Of a stretch of DNA of 64,000 nt, positions 62,553 to 64,000 are shown one piece after another. Each line of letters starts with the position of its first letter. Position 1 is the stretch's first letter. The translations under genes were made by a program, and so were the position numbers. Under the pieces are notes generated by a model. It was not told where the DNA came from. It ran no database searches and saw only the letters and a program-made list of their open reading frames with translations. The DNA comes from an uncultured Flavobacteriaceae bacterium (GTDB lineage Bacteria > Bacteroidota > Bacteroidia > Flavobacteriales > Flavobacteriaceae): NCBI GenBank assembly GCA_943842625.1, contig CALTCK010000014.1, forward strand, positions 32,449-96,448, written 5' to 3'.

Positions 62553-63035
62553 TTATAAAAAAGTACTATCAAAAATAAAGGGTAATATATTTTTTACGGA
62601 GTTAGATTTTACGACCTTACCCGATTCTCCCATAAAATATATTTCGATTAAAGAATTTTGTTTCACCTCATACTCAGCTAAGACTTGCCTACAAGCCCCG
62701 CAGGGAGGCACCGCTTTGGTGATTTTAGTATTGAGAGATTTTGCGGAAATAGCCATAGAATGAACCGTGGCCTTTGGATATTGAGATCCAGCATAAAATA
62801 TGGCAACTCTTTCAGCGCAAAGACCGGAGGGATACGCTGCGTTTTCTTGATTATTACCTGTAATAATCTCTCCTGAGTTTAATTGCAAAGCTGCACCTAC
62901 TTTAAAAGAAGAATAAGGCGCATAAGCTCTATCACGAGCTTTATGCGCCTTATCCATTAGTTTTTGAATCGAAACTGGTAGCTTTGAAACGCTTTCAAAT
63001 ACATCTAAGTTTATTTCGATTTTAATATTTTTCAC
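62553..63035 (-). CDS. cdd: cytidine deaminase
   Basis: AYAPYSSFKVGAA, NQENAAYPSGLCAE, PCGACRQ. Confidence 0.96.
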   Translation of the reverse strand: MKNIKIEINLDVFESVSKLPVSIQKLMDKAHKARDRAYAPYSSFKVGAALQLNSGEIITGNNQENAAYPSGLCAERVAIFYAGSQYPKATVHSMAISAKSLNTKITKAVPPCGACRQVLAEYEVKQNSLIEIYFMGESGKVVKSNSVKNILPFIFDSTFL

Positions 63036-63040
63036 AGAGT

Positions 63041-64000
63041 CTAGTATTCGTCATACTCATCGCCAAAGTTAAATGTTAAACCAAAACGAAGGGTTCCCTC
63101 TAATGGACTAACTACTTTTGAAGTGGAAATTAAATATGAAATATCAATATTAATAGTGGTGTACTTAAATCCAGCTCCTAACGAAAAAAACTTTCTAGCT
63201 CCTTTTGTTACATGTTCGTTAAAATACCCTGCTCTAAAAGCGAAAACATCTCTATACCAATACTCTGCTCCTAATGCCCATGTTAACTCATTGAGCTCTT
63301 CACTAAATCCATTTGGCGCATCGCCAAACGATTGAAATACGCCCTTAAAAAAGTTAACATTTGGGTCTTGACCCTTATAAATAACTCCATTTGTATCGCT
63401 TATAAGAGTATCAACATTTGGATCATAAACACCATCACCATCAAAATCTTCAAAGGTTCTCTCGGTTCCATAAATTGGTGGCGTTGGTACTAGTAATTTG
63501 TTGAATTGTGCAGTAACACCAAGGGTATTGTATTCATCTAATATGAAATCAAATCCTGCACCTAGAGCAAGATTTGTAGGTAGAAAACTTTCTTGACCAG
63601 TCTCATCATATTTTAGTTTAGAACCTAAATTTGAAATATTAATTCCAGCTCTCCATCTTCCATCAAAACTATTCATTGGTATTTCTTCACTTTGATAATA
63701 GGATGATATATCTACCGCAAAAGTGCTTGCAGCATTTGCATCTTCAATAGCTGTTTGTAATTTTAAATCGGACCTTATGTATCGACCTGTTACTGCGAGT
63801 GCAATACGTTCGCTAACTCTCAAAGAATAAGTAAGATCAAATAACATTTCGTTTGGTTTTACAATAAGAGGCTCTTGATCAACAGTTTCTCTTAATTCAA
63901 TCTCTCCACTACTAAAATATCTAAAACTTGCTCCTACAGCACTTTGTTCATTTATTCTATTGTAGTAAGTTATGTTACCTAAAAACACATCATTTACAAG
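63041..64000 (-). CDS. porV: T9SS outer membrane shuttle protein PorV (5' end outside window)
   Basis: SFRYFSSGEI, FNKLLVPTPP, SFGDAPNGFSEE, KGARKFFSLGAGF, TLRFGLTFNF; adjacent to cdd-pdhA. Confidence 0.92.
   Translation of the reverse strand, partial: LVNDVFLGNITYYNRINEQSAVGASFRYFSSGEIELRETVDQEPLIVKPNEMLFDLTYSLRVSERIALAVTGRYIRSDLKLQTAIEDANAASTFAVDISSYYQSEEIPMNSFDGRWRAGINISNLGSKLKYDETGQESFLPTNLALGAGFDFILDEYNTLGVTAQFNKLLVPTPPIYGTERTFEDFDGDGVYDPNVDTLISDTNGVIYKGQDPNVNFFKGVFQSFGDAPNGFSEELNELTWALGAEYWYRDVFAFRAGYFNEHVTKGARKFFSLGAGFKYTTINIDISYLISTSKVVSPLEGTLRFGLTFNFGDEYDEY

Noticed and set aside
1045-63335. Many short antisense or overlapping ORFs in the ORF track (e.g. 5045-5368, 12727-13125, 27311-27682, 54459-54911)
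   Set aside because: They are shadows of well-conserved genes on the opposite strand or in another frame, with no recognisable motifs.
1-64000. tRNA, rRNA, CRISPR, IS or prophage features
   Set aside because: No cloverleaf or T-loop signatures in spacers, no regular repeat-spacer array, and no transposase, integrase or phage genes were seen.

Overview
This is an AT-rich chromosomal segment of a Flavobacteriaceae (Bacteroidota) bacterium, probably marine. The assignment rests on TAnnTTTG promoters, the absence of Shine-Dalgarno motifs, T9SS cargo proteins, PorV and SusC/SusD. Bases 1-19.3 kb (minus strand) hold eno, carA and the complete str/S10/spc/alpha ribosomal superoperon; eno, rpmJ and rpmD are missing from the ORF track and were added. 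Next come an Omp85-family gene, a CAZyme-free SusC/SusD/lipoprotein locus, a T9SS cargo gene and mostly core genes (rlmB, rarA, radC, obgE, an hpt-adk fusion, purKE, dcp, gcvP, fabH, mlaEF, pdhAC, cdd, porV). No rRNA, tRNA, CRISPR array or mobile element was found. The most notable observations are: (1) structured spacers inside the ribosomal operon, including a close mimic of the 16S helix-21 S8-binding site directly upstream of rpsH and a terminator/antiterminator switch upstream of rplC; (2) an accessory two-gene FabH plus divergent FabI-like module between radC and mpl; (3) four frameshifts clustered at 38.9-49.7 kb, three of them +1 shifts at an in-frame CTT Leu codon, most likely sequence errors but worth checking.
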